Shown here piece after piece: positions 13,454 through 23,098 of a stretch of 64,000 bases of DNA (positions are counted from its first letter, which is position 1; the number at the start of each line of letters is the position of its first letter). The position numbers and the translations under genes were made by a program. The notes under the pieces are model-generated. The model was not told where the DNA came from and searched no databases. It saw only the letters and a list, made by a program, of their open reading frames with translations. Source of the DNA: Porphyridium purpureum (taxonomy: Eukaryota); contig VRMN01000008.1 of assembly GCA_008690995.1 (NCBI GenBank), forward strand, positions 62,001-126,000, given 5' to 3'.

Positions 13454-14548
13454 ATGGCCGCTGTTGCTGTTAGAGGCAGCTTGCGCTCTTTGGGCGTATT
13501 CGGTGCGTGCACCGCGGGGCGCGAGGCATGTACCGCGCGTCTGCGGGGCACATCACGCGCGCAAAAGGCGCGCCAACTTGGGACCTTGTCAAAAAAGATA
13601 ACCAAAACGTTTGAGCAAATGTTCGAGTCCCATCAGAAGGAGGTTTTTCGCATGACTCAAGGCATTCGCTCCGTGGCCGTTCTGGGATGCGGCCAGATGG
13701 GAACGGGCATCGCGCAATGCATCGCGCGCGATGCGCGCCGGAACGTGTTTTTGCACGATTCAGATCAGAAGCAACTTGTGCGCGCGCTCCAGAAACTCAA
13801 CGCCTGGGCCGAGCTGCAGGTAAGTAGAAACAAGTGGACAGAAGAAGAGGCAGGTACCTTCTTGAAACGTATAATCGCCGCCGGCTCACTGAAAGACGTG
13901 GACCAGACCGATTTTGTCATCGAAGCCACCGTCGAAGATTTTCAGGAGAAGAGCAAGCTGTTCAAGACCACTTGTGAGTTTTTGAAGGATAAGCCAGAAG
14001 TCATTATTGCCACAAATACGTCTTCACTCTCGATCACACGGCTCGCAGAAACCACGGACAGGCCGAGTCGCTTCTGCGGAATGCACTTTTTCAACCCAGT
14101 ACCCGTGATGAAAGTTGTCGAGCTTGTCCGGGGCGCGCAATCAACGCAAGAGACTGTGGAAACCACGGCCTCGATGGCACAGATCATGGGAAAGAGCGTG
14201 GCGTTTGTGCAGGATTCCCCAGGCTTTGTGTCAAACAGATTACTCATGCCGTACATCAATGAGGCGGCACTCGCGGTGCATGAAGGTTTGGCCAGCGTTG
14301 CGGATATAGACCACATCATGAGAGAGGGGTGCCGTATGCCCATGGGCCCACTAGAATTAGCCGACTTTATTGGCCTGGATACGTGCCTTGCAATCATGCG
14401 CACACTCGGCGAACTTGGTGAGACTAAGTTTGCAGTTGCGCCCAGCATAGTCGAACTGGTGAAAGAGCGGAAGCTTGGCAAGAAGACGGGCCAAGGCTTT
14501 TATGCGTACACCCCGGACAGCATCGAGTATCCATTGGGACATCGCTAA
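13454..14548 (+). CDS. 3-hydroxybutyryl-CoA / 3-hydroxyacyl-CoA dehydrogenase, probably mitochondrial
   Basis: VAVLGCGQMGTGIA, VIEATVE, ATNTSSLSIT, GMHFFNPVPVMKVVE, DSPGFVSNRLLMPYINEA, PMGPLELADFIGLD. Basic N-terminal presequence-like region. Downstream ATGs at 13619 and 13652 are alternatives. Confidence 0.93.
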   Translation: MAAVAVRGSLRSLGVFGACTAGREACTARLRGTSRAQKARQLGTLSKKITKTFEQMFESHQKEVFRMTQGIRSVAVLGCGQMGTGIAQCIARDARRNVFLHDSDQKQLVRALQKLNAWAELQVSRNKWTEEEAGTFLKRIIAAGSLKDVDQTDFVIEATVEDFQEKSKLFKTTCEFLKDKPEVIIATNTSSLSITRLAETTDRPSRFCGMHFFNPVPVMKVVELVRGAQSTQETVETTASMAQIMGKSVAFVQDSPGFVSNRLLMPYINEAALAVHEGLASVADIDHIMREGCRMPMGPLELADFIGLDTCLAIMRTLGELGETKFAVAPSIVELVKERKLGKKTGQGFYAYTPDSIEYPLGHR

Positions 14549-14597
14549 CAATGCAAGCGTCGTTGCATCGACAGAGCCCACGCCCCTTCTCGCTCAT

Positions 14598-15635
14598 TTA
14601 CCAGCCAAACTGCGTATCGGCTTGTTGTAAGTCAATCTCCTGTGCATTTACCCACCGATCGAAATCTGCAAAAGTTTGGATGTTCACATCAGGAAATAGA
14701 CGGATCATGTTGCTGAGGGCAAGCTCGCACTCCTGATGGAAAGACTGTATCAATTGAGATCGTTCCTCGGACTCTTCGTGTGCTTCCAGCAGGCTCTGCT
14801 CCCACTCGTCGCGATACAGAAGTCTGATGACATGCTTCCGGATTTTCCGATCCAGCAGGCGCTGGCGCATCGCTGCTTCCTCTGACACGAGTTTCGGCGC
14901 TGGCCCTGCAGATGCCGGTTTCACTTTCCCACTTAACCACAGCGTGACACAGAAGCGCTCTCTCTGCACGGGTAAAACTCGGTGGACCATAGAAGTCGAC
15001 GCAAAAAGCACCAATGTGCCATTACTTGGCGGCACGTCTACCGCTCCATGAGGCCAGTCGTATATCCTTAATTGTCCTCCATCCTCTTGAACCCATGGCC
15101 TATCTCTAGCATTTGGGTAAAACAACGCCGTGATCCTTCGCTCGTCAACCATTTCATCCGAGTCCGTGTGCATCGGAAAGGATCCACATTGGCCAGCAGG
15201 ACTCATCTGGAGCTTGTACGTCGCCCGCGTCAATGTCATGCGCGGTTCCAGCACACTCATCATGGCCATTAAACTCGAGGCGCCATCGGTCACAAGACTG
15301 GACAGCTTGGCTTGCGTGCCAAACGGCTCGAGAGGTCCGTCAAATTCGCGCACACCATCGCATTTTCGCACAAGCGTCGTACGATTGCCCCGCTGTGTAT
15401 CGACCAGATGCGTGTGGTTTGTTTGCAATGGTAGCGCTCTGATTTCGTCGCACAAGGCCCGCGCGTAAGTTTCCTCATTTTCTTCGTCTTGGTGCTCTTG
15501 GATCCCCTCATGCCCACGCACCTGCAAAAAGTCTGGCAAGACAGTCCAACCTTTCGTGTACAAGGCACGCACGGCGTGTGCGGTGAGGCGCGAGCACACC
15601 GCGCGTTCGAACAAGGACGGAAGATCAGTACGCAT
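14598..15635 (-). CDS. 2-oxoglutarate/Fe(II)-dependent dioxygenase (prolyl-4-hydroxylase/EGLN-like fold)
   Basis: HxD (MHTD), RRITALFYPN, W...DGGQLRI, LVLF, distal His in HRVLP, and 2OG-binding Arg in RFCVTLW. Confidence 0.85.
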   Translation of the reverse strand: MRTDLPSLFERAVCSRLTAHAVRALYTKGWTVLPDFLQVRGHEGIQEHQDEENEETYARALCDEIRALPLQTNHTHLVDTQRGNRTTLVRKCDGVREFDGPLEPFGTQAKLSSLVTDGASSLMAMMSVLEPRMTLTRATYKLQMSPAGQCGSFPMHTDSDEMVDERRITALFYPNARDRPWVQEDGGQLRIYDWPHGAVDVPPSNGTLVLFASTSMVHRVLPVQRERFCVTLWLSGKVKPASAGPAPKLVSEEAAMRQRLLDRKIRKHVIRLLYRDEWEQSLLEAHEESEERSQLIQSFHQECELALSNMIRLFPDVNIQTFADFDRWVNAQEIDLQQADTQFGW

Positions 15636-15652
15636 GAGTACCCACTCTACAA

Positions 15653-16858
15653 ATGACGCTGCAGCTCATCCAAAACCAGTCGCAGTCGCAAGAGTTTGCG
15701 CGCGCATGGATGGCACCAGACGGCTCGTGCACGCTCGTCGGCTCGTGCTGCTCTTCTGCTTTGACCTTGCGCGGCCGCGCAGGGGTAACCTCAAGCGTGA
15801 TGCGGTTGTGGGCACTTGGACAGCACGCGCCACTGGACAAGCACAACGGTAGCATGGCGTACAACGTAAGGACTTGGAGGGACGCATGCTGGTTCCCAGC
15901 GATGGAGCGCGCAAATGCAGCCAGCTGTGCGTTCGCAACATGCGCACAGCGTGTGCCAATTCAGCTCTGGGACGCGTACTACGGAACTCGCAGGGCAAGT
16001 TATGTTCCACTGAACGCTGCATCAGAAGAATTGGCAGAGACTTACGCTATTGCGATGACCACGTCCAAGCTCGTGGCTGCAGTTTCCGCGAGCACGAACG
16101 GGAAGACTGCGGCATTGGTGATGTTTGATCTTGCGGTGCCAGAAAAAGTTTCCGTCAAGCTGGATGTGCATTCGAGCTTAAAGGGAGCGCCAGCGAGTGT
16201 GGACATCGCCTCGAAAGCGTCTCTCAGTCCCTTTGTGGCACTAGGATTGAGGAATGGCGATGTGGGCTTGTTCGACATGGCTCATAGCTCGCAAAAGCCG
16301 CTCAAAGTCTTAAGAAATGTACATTCAGATGGTGTTGCGCAAGTGCACTTTGTAAATATGTGTGCAGGAGACACTGCTACCACAGATCTACTTGTCACGG
16401 TAGGCCGCAAAACCGACAACACGATTCGCGTTTGGGATCTCAGAAATCTCTCCCAGAGTTTGATGCAATGGACGCGCCCGTCATCTGGTACTGCGCAGCC
16501 AAGTTTGGTTGATTCAACAGAGGAAGCGCTGCTCTATGGTGACGCGCATGGATTTCTATTTACACGTTCATTCCGTTCCCTCACGGATGAGCTCTTATGG
16601 GCGACAGCAATCACGAAATCAGCTCGCGACGAGGATCACATCACCGATACTCCATGGCACAAGACACCTTTTGGACCTGTCAGCTCTGTCAGCGTGGCAC
16701 TCAGACCCGCTGCCGATGGTGCTGTGCTTTGTGTGACCGCTGGAGAGCGCCGACGAAGCACGTCGTGTGCGGGAGATGAATCTGACGGTGACCGAGACAC
16801 GAGCGAAAGCAACTCAGAAGAGGGCACGACCATCCTCCAGGTGCTGAAAGCTTGGTAA
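15653..16858 (+). CDS. WRAP53: Telomerase Cajal body protein 1 (TCAB1/WRAP53/WDR79-like WD40 protein)
   Basis: WMAPDGSCTL, WFPAM, FATCAQRVPIQLWDAYYGTRRASY, HSDGVAQVHF, GRK.DNTIRVWDLRN and TAGERR are diagnostic of the TCAB1 family. Confidence 0.85.
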   Translation: MTLQLIQNQSQSQEFARAWMAPDGSCTLVGSCCSSALTLRGRAGVTSSVMRLWALGQHAPLDKHNGSMAYNVRTWRDACWFPAMERANAASCAFATCAQRVPIQLWDAYYGTRRASYVPLNAASEELAETYAIAMTTSKLVAAVSASTNGKTAALVMFDLAVPEKVSVKLDVHSSLKGAPASVDIASKASLSPFVALGLRNGDVGLFDMAHSSQKPLKVLRNVHSDGVAQVHFVNMCAGDTATTDLLVTVGRKTDNTIRVWDLRNLSQSLMQWTRPSSGTAQPSLVDSTEEALLYGDAHGFLFTRSFRSLTDELLWATAITKSARDEDHITDTPWHKTPFGPVSSVSVALRPAADGAVLCVTAGERRRSTSCAGDESDGDRDTSESNSEEGTTILQVLKAW

Positions 16859-16903
16859 TGGCTTGGACATGAGCCAGTGCATATGTATGCATTTTGGACC
16901 CCA

Positions 16904-19900
16904 CTACAAAGCTTCCGAAATGGCTTGCATGCGGTCCCAGAACCCAGGAGGCAAGCGGCTACGAGCCGCCTCGAACCGGCACAGTTTGTCATCCTCGCAT
17001 TGCGCTCCGTATTCGAAAAGATCTCTGACGACATCGTCAAAAGTGCCATTCTCCAAAAGCCGTTCAACAGGCGCCACATTCACCAATTCACCGAGCTTTG
17101 TGAAAGTGGCCTGATGAACCAAGCCGATGACCACTGCGTAGACCAGAGGACAGCGAGCGTGCGACACAAGGCCGGTCTCAAGTGCGCTTTGATACTGAGC
17201 CAGCAATTGCGGGTCTACGCTGTTGTACTGGTTTACATAGGCGGCAAACCCGCCAATGTACCGGTCGGCTTGAAAAAAAGCTTGTGCATTCCCACCTTTT
17301 TCGACAATGTAGTCCATCCACAGCTCCAAGCGCAGAGTACTCGGACTCCACGGTGACATCAGCATGAACAGTAGCCACGGACAGACACCGGACCTTACAG
17401 CGGGAAATTGCTCGAGCAGATCCGGGTCCGTTAAGCTGCCGACAGAACGAGAAATAGCTTGTCCAAATCTTCGTGCGTCGATGGTAGAGGTCACAGAATT
17501 CATGCTCGTCCCGACAGGTACAAGACGGTCAAGCAAAGATCCATCGTCATGCGCTTTTTCCTCGATCAAATTTAAAATCTCGGCAATCTCCGCACAGATG
17601 TGGAACATGCCGGAAACCTTCGCGTCGTGCTCCGCGTACATTTCTTGCTTGCTCCTGGTTGTGTCGCTATCGACCTCTTGATCGACTTGAATTTGCATCC
17701 ACAGTGGTCGAGTTATCGCGCACATTACTTTCTGCCATACTGATGCGAGATCTCGCACCAAATGCAAGCCCAGCAAACTCCGCACGAACAGGAGACTAGC
17801 AATCAGCCCATCCAGCGACGCACTATCCGGAACATTCAAGTGCGCGAATATCCAATGCCCAGTTGCCGGCGCATTTCCACCGACAAACTGATCAAGGATG
17901 CAAGGGACCAGCTCTTCACGTACAATAGTGGCCTCATCGTCATAGTCACTGTTCAGATACTTTGGAAGTACATGCTCATTGAAGATGAGGTCACGCACCA
18001 CGTACGCCGCTACAGGAATTTGTGGAGGAAATTCTTCAAGGCAAACGTTCACGAGACGGACACACTCCGATACAAACCCGGCAACATCCTCGTGCATCGT
18101 CTTCATAAGGAGCCCTAAGTACATCGCTCGGCATTTTGATGCTCGCGCTCGGCAGCTCGGCTCGTACAAAACGGTACCATTCTTGTCCCACAAAATGCTG
18201 CACGTGAGTTTGTCCACAATTTGGCCGAGGCGAGCCGACAAAGCGGGTGAGGAGGGGGCCCCATGCCGGGCAAGGAAATGTAGCGCAGCCATCGCTGCGC
18301 ACACTAAGACGTCACGCGGAGCCACGTTGATCAAAGCGTGTGCACCTTCTTCAAAAACTTGCACAAAAGCCTCCAGGACACGCAAAGCAAGAGCGCGTTC
18401 TTCATCTCTCTCGCCATTTGTCAGCAGCTCATGCCGTTTGCCTTGGACCGTGTCTAATAGGCGAAGCGCCAGAGCCGTTGTTATAACCCACCCATACTCG
18501 TCACTGTCGTTGATCCTATGCTGAGGGCCTCCAGGGCGACGCGCCGAATCCAATAGCGAGACAAGCGCGTCCGAGTAGTCATTGAACATGGAGGTCAACA
18601 TCATGGTCTCGTTCTGCGGCTCGAACATGCTTAGAGAGTGTCCGAACTGCTTCACCAAAGTCGTAAAAAATCTCAAACAAGCGTGCGCGAGAGCAGAGTT
18701 GTGCGAGGAAACAAAGGCCTGCCAGCCAAGCGAGGTGATGGATTTGATGATTGGCGTCCAAGTCGACGCAAGATGGGGGTCTTTTGCAGATTCGAGCAAG
18801 TTGCGAAGTATGCGTACCGCGCGCTCTTGAACAAACGGTTGTCCGCTCTGCGCCATGACCAGATACTTGCATGCACAGGCGAGCGCCGCCTCGGTCTGGG
18901 GCAGCGTAGGAGCGCGGACAAGCAGGTCCAAGGCGGCCTGAGAACTCGCATGGTTCGCCATTGCCAGTTCTACACATTGCCCGAAAAGTTCCTCGTCCAA
19001 AACAATTTGCTTCATTGCTGCCATTCTGTTCGCTCGCAAAAGGGCTCGAAGTGTCTCAATCTGTAAGCGCTGAACATCAGCATGCGTGCAGTGGGTCTTT
19101 AGACGCTGGACAGGCAGTTTCAAAACCTTTTCTCCAAGATCGTGTCGAAGCATACCTATAAGAGCATGCTGAATATGGCTATTCGACTCCGGCTGGGAAC
19201 TCACATTCACGTCGCTTCCGAAGACGCCTGAATCCACGTCAAACCATTCGTCGTCGCTCATGACTGAATCATCACAGGTACAACACGATTCGATGTACAG
19301 AACAAGCTCGCTCACACATTCAAGCCACGCGGCGAGCAGATGTAGGCCTGCCACAGAGCATCCGGCGTGAGGAAGCTGAAGCGCGGCCACAGCAGTAAAC
19401 ATGCCGTGCTCCAAGAAAGCGGTCTGAATTTCCTTATATCGCCGCGGGCCATCAGCATCATCCAGCCGACGATTTCGGCGCCAGACTCCGGTCAGGATCT
19501 CAACCGCTTTAATTTGCTGCGGAAGATGCCGGGTACGAAGCATTTTCGTGAGCTCAGCCAGGGTGTAGCTATGGTCGCATTCCTCGTCTACGAGCAGATC
19601 GCCGCTTAGATCAAACCTCAAAAGCGTCTTGAAGTCCGCCTCAAATTCAGGTTCCAATCTTGAAATCAGCTCAGTGTCAGTGAACATGTCAAATTCGGTC
19701 CCTGCTCCACCACTTGCATCCAAAGGAGCTGGTCCAGAGGATAACGATGATGGCGACGGTTGCGGCAAGATTTCATTCTCCTTTTCGATCAGAGCCAGCG
19801 TCTCGCGACTATTTATCACGCTTTCGTCAAAATTCTCTCGCCAGTCATCGTCCCATGCCATCTTTTCTGAGACGGGTGTAGCTTTGGCCTTGACCTTCAC

Positions 19901-20719
19901 TCGATTGCCGGCTCCTTGATAAAGCTCAGGAGGCAATGGTTCTTCGAAACGGACGTGTTTGCCACTCCCTGACTCATCAGCAGACAGATTTGGGACAGGG
20001 TGTTCCTTTCGTGCCGCGTCTTTTCCGTTTCGCATTAACTCGATGGTCTCATTGCTCAAGAAAGCACTAATCTCCTCTCTTGCGTCTTGGAATGCAGCAC
20101 CATCGCTCCGGAGCTCTTCCATCATGCGTGTCACATACTCAGAGTCTACCCGATCGTCTTGGTTGACCTTGTTAGGATATTCGCGTGCTCCCATTGTACT
20201 CCTCTTTGGTCTGTCCGGCACGTCAGCAGCTACATGATTCAATGCTGGCGACGCCGTCACTGATGCCGGTGATGTCGCCGCCGTGGATGAATTCGCTGGA
20301 GCACTGAATTCACTCCTTGAAGCCCGCACAATCTTAGTGGCTTCTGGAAAGCCCGTCGCGTGCCTGGTTTTAAAAAAGCTGCTTCGCCTCTCCTTCACCA
20401 CCGATTTGCTAGTCGCACCACTCGCGAGTCGCCGAGCTCCTCTCTCACGCACATGCTCACTCACAACCGACGCGTCACGATCCTCACCTTCCCCTTCATG
20501 CAGCGCATCGTCCTGCTTCTCGGTAGGTTCCATGTCCAGTCTCACAACATCCTTCACCACGTGGTTCTTCGCAGCCAGACGACGATGCGTGAGCGAGGCT
20601 GCTGCGCCAGCTCCTCCGCCTCCGCTGGCCAGAAACGAAGCCTGCATCTGCAGCAACTCCTGCTCACCATCGTCCTCCGTCTCGAGCATGGCTCGCCGCG
20701 AGCTCGGGTGCGTCACCAT
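16904..20719 (-). CDS. RPAP1: RNA polymerase II-associated protein 1 (RPAP1/Rba50/MINIYO)-like
   Basis: EQELLQMQASFL N-terminus, TGFPEA, AREEISAFLS.ETIELMR (RPAP1_N-like), EKMAW, LRFDLSGDLL and YTLAELTKMLRT..LPQQIKAVEIL (RPAP1_C), followed by a long helical region. Confidence 0.8.
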   Translation of the reverse strand: MVTHPSSRRAMLETEDDGEQELLQMQASFLASGGGGAGAAASLTHRRLAAKNHVVKDVVRLDMEPTEKQDDALHEGEGEDRDASVVSEHVRERGARRLASGATSKSVVKERRSSFFKTRHATGFPEATKIVRASRSEFSAPANSSTAATSPASVTASPALNHVAADVPDRPKRSTMGAREYPNKVNQDDRVDSEYVTRMMEELRSDGAAFQDAREEISAFLSNETIELMRNGKDAARKEHPVPNLSADESGSGKHVRFEEPLPPELYQGAGNRVKVKAKATPVSEKMAWDDDWRENFDESVINSRETLALIEKENEILPQPSPSSLSSGPAPLDASGGAGTEFDMFTDTELISRLEPEFEADFKTLLRFDLSGDLLVDEECDHSYTLAELTKMLRTRHLPQQIKAVEILTGVWRRNRRLDDADGPRRYKEIQTAFLEHGMFTAVAALQLPHAGCSVAGLHLLAAWLECVSELVLYIESCCTCDDSVMSDDEWFDVDSGVFGSDVNVSSQPESNSHIQHALIGMLRHDLGEKVLKLPVQRLKTHCTHADVQRLQIETLRALLRANRMAAMKQIVLDEELFGQCVELAMANHASSQAALDLLVRAPTLPQTEAALACACKYLVMAQSGQPFVQERAVRILRNLLESAKDPHLASTWTPIIKSITSLGWQAFVSSHNSALAHACLRFFTTLVKQFGHSLSMFEPQNETMMLTSMFNDYSDALVSLLDSARRPGGPQHRINDSDEYGWVITTALALRLLDTVQGKRHELLTNGERDEERALALRVLEAFVQVFEEGAHALINVAPRDVLVCAAMAALHFLARHGAPSSPALSARLGQIVDKLTCSILWDKNGTVLYEPSCRARASKCRAMYLGLLMKTMHEDVAGFVSECVRLVNVCLEEFPPQIPVAAYVVRDLIFNEHVLPKYLNSDYDDEATIVREELVPCILDQFVGGNAPATGHWIFAHLNVPDSASLDGLIASLLFVRSLLGLHLVRDLASVWQKVMCAITRPLWMQIQVDQEVDSDTTRSKQEMYAEHDAKVSGMFHICAEIAEILNLIEEKAHDDGSLLDRLVPVGTSMNSVTSTIDARRFGQAISRSVGSLTDPDLLEQFPAVRSGVCPWLLFMLMSPWSPSTLRLELWMDYIVEKGGNAQAFFQADRYIGGFAAYVNQYNSVDPQLLAQYQSALETGLVSHARCPLVYAVVIGLVHQATFTKLGELVNVAPVERLLENGTFDDVVRDLFEYGAQCEDDKLCRFEAARSRLPPGFWDRMQAISEAL

Positions 20720-21004
20720 CCTCTCGCGCTACCACAGCATCCATCAACCGCCACCTTTCCCTCCTCTTCTCGTCGACTCCCCTTTCGTCCCCAAGCGCAA
20801 ACCCGCACTTTTCTTGTAATTTCTGTCTTCATTTTTATTTCACATTATCTATAAAACATGGTATTTTAATTAGCAATGTAATGTTTATGCGTTTGTAATT
20901 TCTTTGTTTTCAGTCTTCGCCACTATTTTTTTGGGGGTTGATTGTTTGATCGGAGCTTTCAGGGAGAAGGAGAGACAGAGAACGAGGAAGACAAGTTGGG
21001 AAGG

Positions 21005-22363
21005 ATGGAGAGCGGCCAAGGATTGAGCGTGCCTGCAGGATTGAAGTGGGAGCGTCTACAAGAAAATGTGTCAGTCTCGGAGCAAGGAACGTATATTTTC
21101 TTCCGGGTGCGGTTTCCGTTTCCTGTTCGAGAAAAGCAGCCGATGGCATCAGCAGCCGGGTTTCGATCGACGTATTCCATCTGCGGAGGCGCAGACGTGC
21201 CTCCTGTGGTGCTCAACTCAAGGTTTGAAGGCTCCACAATTCTCGGGATGCAGCTGTGGGTCTCGATCTCTCCACTCTACTCCTCGTTCGAGTCGGACAT
21301 GGCGCCATTCAATGCTAACATTCTGATCCGTGACAACGAGCTTATCGTGGCTTCCGACCTCGCTCAAATCCTTCCGCCAGAGAAGTTCACAGACGTGATG
21401 GTCAAGAATGGTGCTAATCTCATCATCGCCAGAATTGACCAGGTCATTGACAAGCCCACCAACACCCGCTTGTTCTTTGTCCTGCAGAGGAAAATCTCGC
21501 CGCAAAAGATTGTCGCACTGAAGAAAAGGGTCATGGCCCAGCGCGCGGCGTCCAAGTACACCCCTAGGAAAAAGGATGTCCGCACGCTCCCGGCTGGTGC
21601 AGCAGGAGGCAATGCAGGACTCGCGTACGGTCAGACGACCTCAACTAACATCGCATTGGGCAAATCGACCTCGACGTACACTGGTACTGCAGGCATGACA
21701 GTTTCGGGGATGCAGCGGAAACTTGCGGCTGAAGCTGCTGCTGCCGCAGCAGCTGCTGGAGGTATTCCAGCCTCATCGCGACCACTGCAGCAACAGGCCG
21801 CCGCTGCAGTTGTAAGACGGACCATGACGGTGGCGGAAAAACACGCGTCGAACGCACCGACGCTAGAAGCCCTTTACAGAAGAGTTGCAACACGTGTTTC
21901 CAGACAGCGTGCCGAGCGACCCAGGGAACGCCTCAAAGGTATACCTCTGGAATTGTGGGAGTCGGTAGACGACGCTACACCCGCAGCCAAAAAGTTGAAC
22001 ACAAAATGGATCCTTTACCCACCTCAACCGATCGCGTCAGGCGGAACGTGTCATTATGGGAGTTCAATGCTAATCCCTGGCACAGAAGAACCAGCGTTTC
22101 TCCGTCTGAGGGACGAATATGCTCGAAATCAGCCCGGGCGCATGCGTGTGAACGCGTCGGCACTTCTAAGCGCACGAGCACAAAGTATCGATCCGCCTAA
22201 CCTCGAGTACCGTGACGCTATTCGCGCGGTTTTGAAGTACAACGCGAATATGGCAGATGAGCGTCCAATCCTGAGAACATGGATCGAGCGCAAGGCAGGC
22301 GAGGATGTCAGTCAAGAAAGACGTACCAGTGAGAATGGGAATGACGACTCGGATAGTGATTAG
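21005..22363 (+). CDS. Hypothetical protein; possible PINIT-like beta domain, Ala/Gln-rich linker
   Basis: Long ORF (about 450 aa) with coding-like composition, filling the gap between RPAP1 and AK6. No confidently recognised family. Confidence 0.75.
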   Translation: MESGQGLSVPAGLKWERLQENVSVSEQGTYIFFRVRFPFPVREKQPMASAAGFRSTYSICGGADVPPVVLNSRFEGSTILGMQLWVSISPLYSSFESDMAPFNANILIRDNELIVASDLAQILPPEKFTDVMVKNGANLIIARIDQVIDKPTNTRLFFVLQRKISPQKIVALKKRVMAQRAASKYTPRKKDVRTLPAGAAGGNAGLAYGQTTSTNIALGKSTSTYTGTAGMTVSGMQRKLAAEAAAAAAAAGGIPASSRPLQQQAAAAVVRRTMTVAEKHASNAPTLEALYRRVATRVSRQRAERPRERLKGIPLELWESVDDATPAAKKLNTKWILYPPQPIASGGTCHYGSSMLIPGTEEPAFLRLRDEYARNQPGRMRVNASALLSARAQSIDPPNLEYRDAIRAVLKYNANMADERPILRTWIERKAGEDVSQERRTSENGNDDSDSD

Positions 22364-22463
22364 CAGCCACTCGAAGGATTTGCAGATCAGAAATGAACCT
22401 ATGGACAGAAAAAGTTGCGGGAAATAACACAATACTGGTGCAGTCTTGAGCGCCCTCACGCCA

Positions 22464-23045
22464 CTAGCACACGCTCCTCTTCTCCTCCTCTTCTTGCTCC
22501 TGGCCGTCCTCTTCATATTCGTGTCGGGTAATCTGCTCCACGGCACGCGCAATGGCGTCCACCGCTTCATTTTGCTGCGCCTCGGTATCGGACTGCAACT
22601 CGAGGATCACGGCATTCGGGTAGCTTTCGAATGCTTCGTCCCGCACGACATTCAAGATCTCGCATTGCACATTCTCACGGACCTTATGTGCTGAGTATCC
22701 GCGTGCGCTCAGCCGGTCCCACAACACTTCGGTCGCAGCGTGGAGCACGACGACCAGCGCGAACCATCGCTCCGGGAACCAATCGCTTGAATGGTGATCC
22801 ATCACCATACCGCCCCGAGCCTGCACGGGCTCAAGTGCGTCCAGTGTGCGATCCTCGTCGATTTCATAGGTGTCAAAGTGCTCGTCGTACTCGAGCGTCA
22901 TCCCGTTCTCGCGGACGTATGCGCTCAGCTCAACGTGCGAGTAGTCATCGGCGCCCAGTCGCTCCACGATGCGCCGACTCAGCGATGTCTTGCCGCTCCC
23001 AGGTGTGCCTGTCACAAGGATGTTGGGTCGCCGTGAAGACACCAT
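22464..23045 (-). CDS. AK6: Adenylate kinase 6 / Fap7 (nuclear ATPase for 40S maturation)
   Basis: PNILVTGTPGSGKT, DHHSSDWFPERWF, LWDRLSARGY, KVRENVQCEI. Confidence 0.95.
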   Translation of the reverse strand: MVSSRRPNILVTGTPGSGKTSLSRRIVERLGADDYSHVELSAYVRENGMTLEYDEHFDTYEIDEDRTLDALEPVQARGGMVMDHHSSDWFPERWFALVVVLHAATEVLWDRLSARGYSAHKVRENVQCEILNVVRDEAFESYPNAVILELQSDTEAQQNEAVDAIARAVEQITRHEYEEDGQEQEEEEKRSVC

Positions 23046-23098
23046 GAAGAATCAAATTCCGTTTCTTCGTCGCCGTCGACGTCCTTTTTCCTCATTGT

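Noticed and set aside
13454..14548. Bacterial-like hbd as a horizontal transfer
   Set aside because: This family also occurs in plants and fungi; transfer cannot be claimed without a phylogeny.
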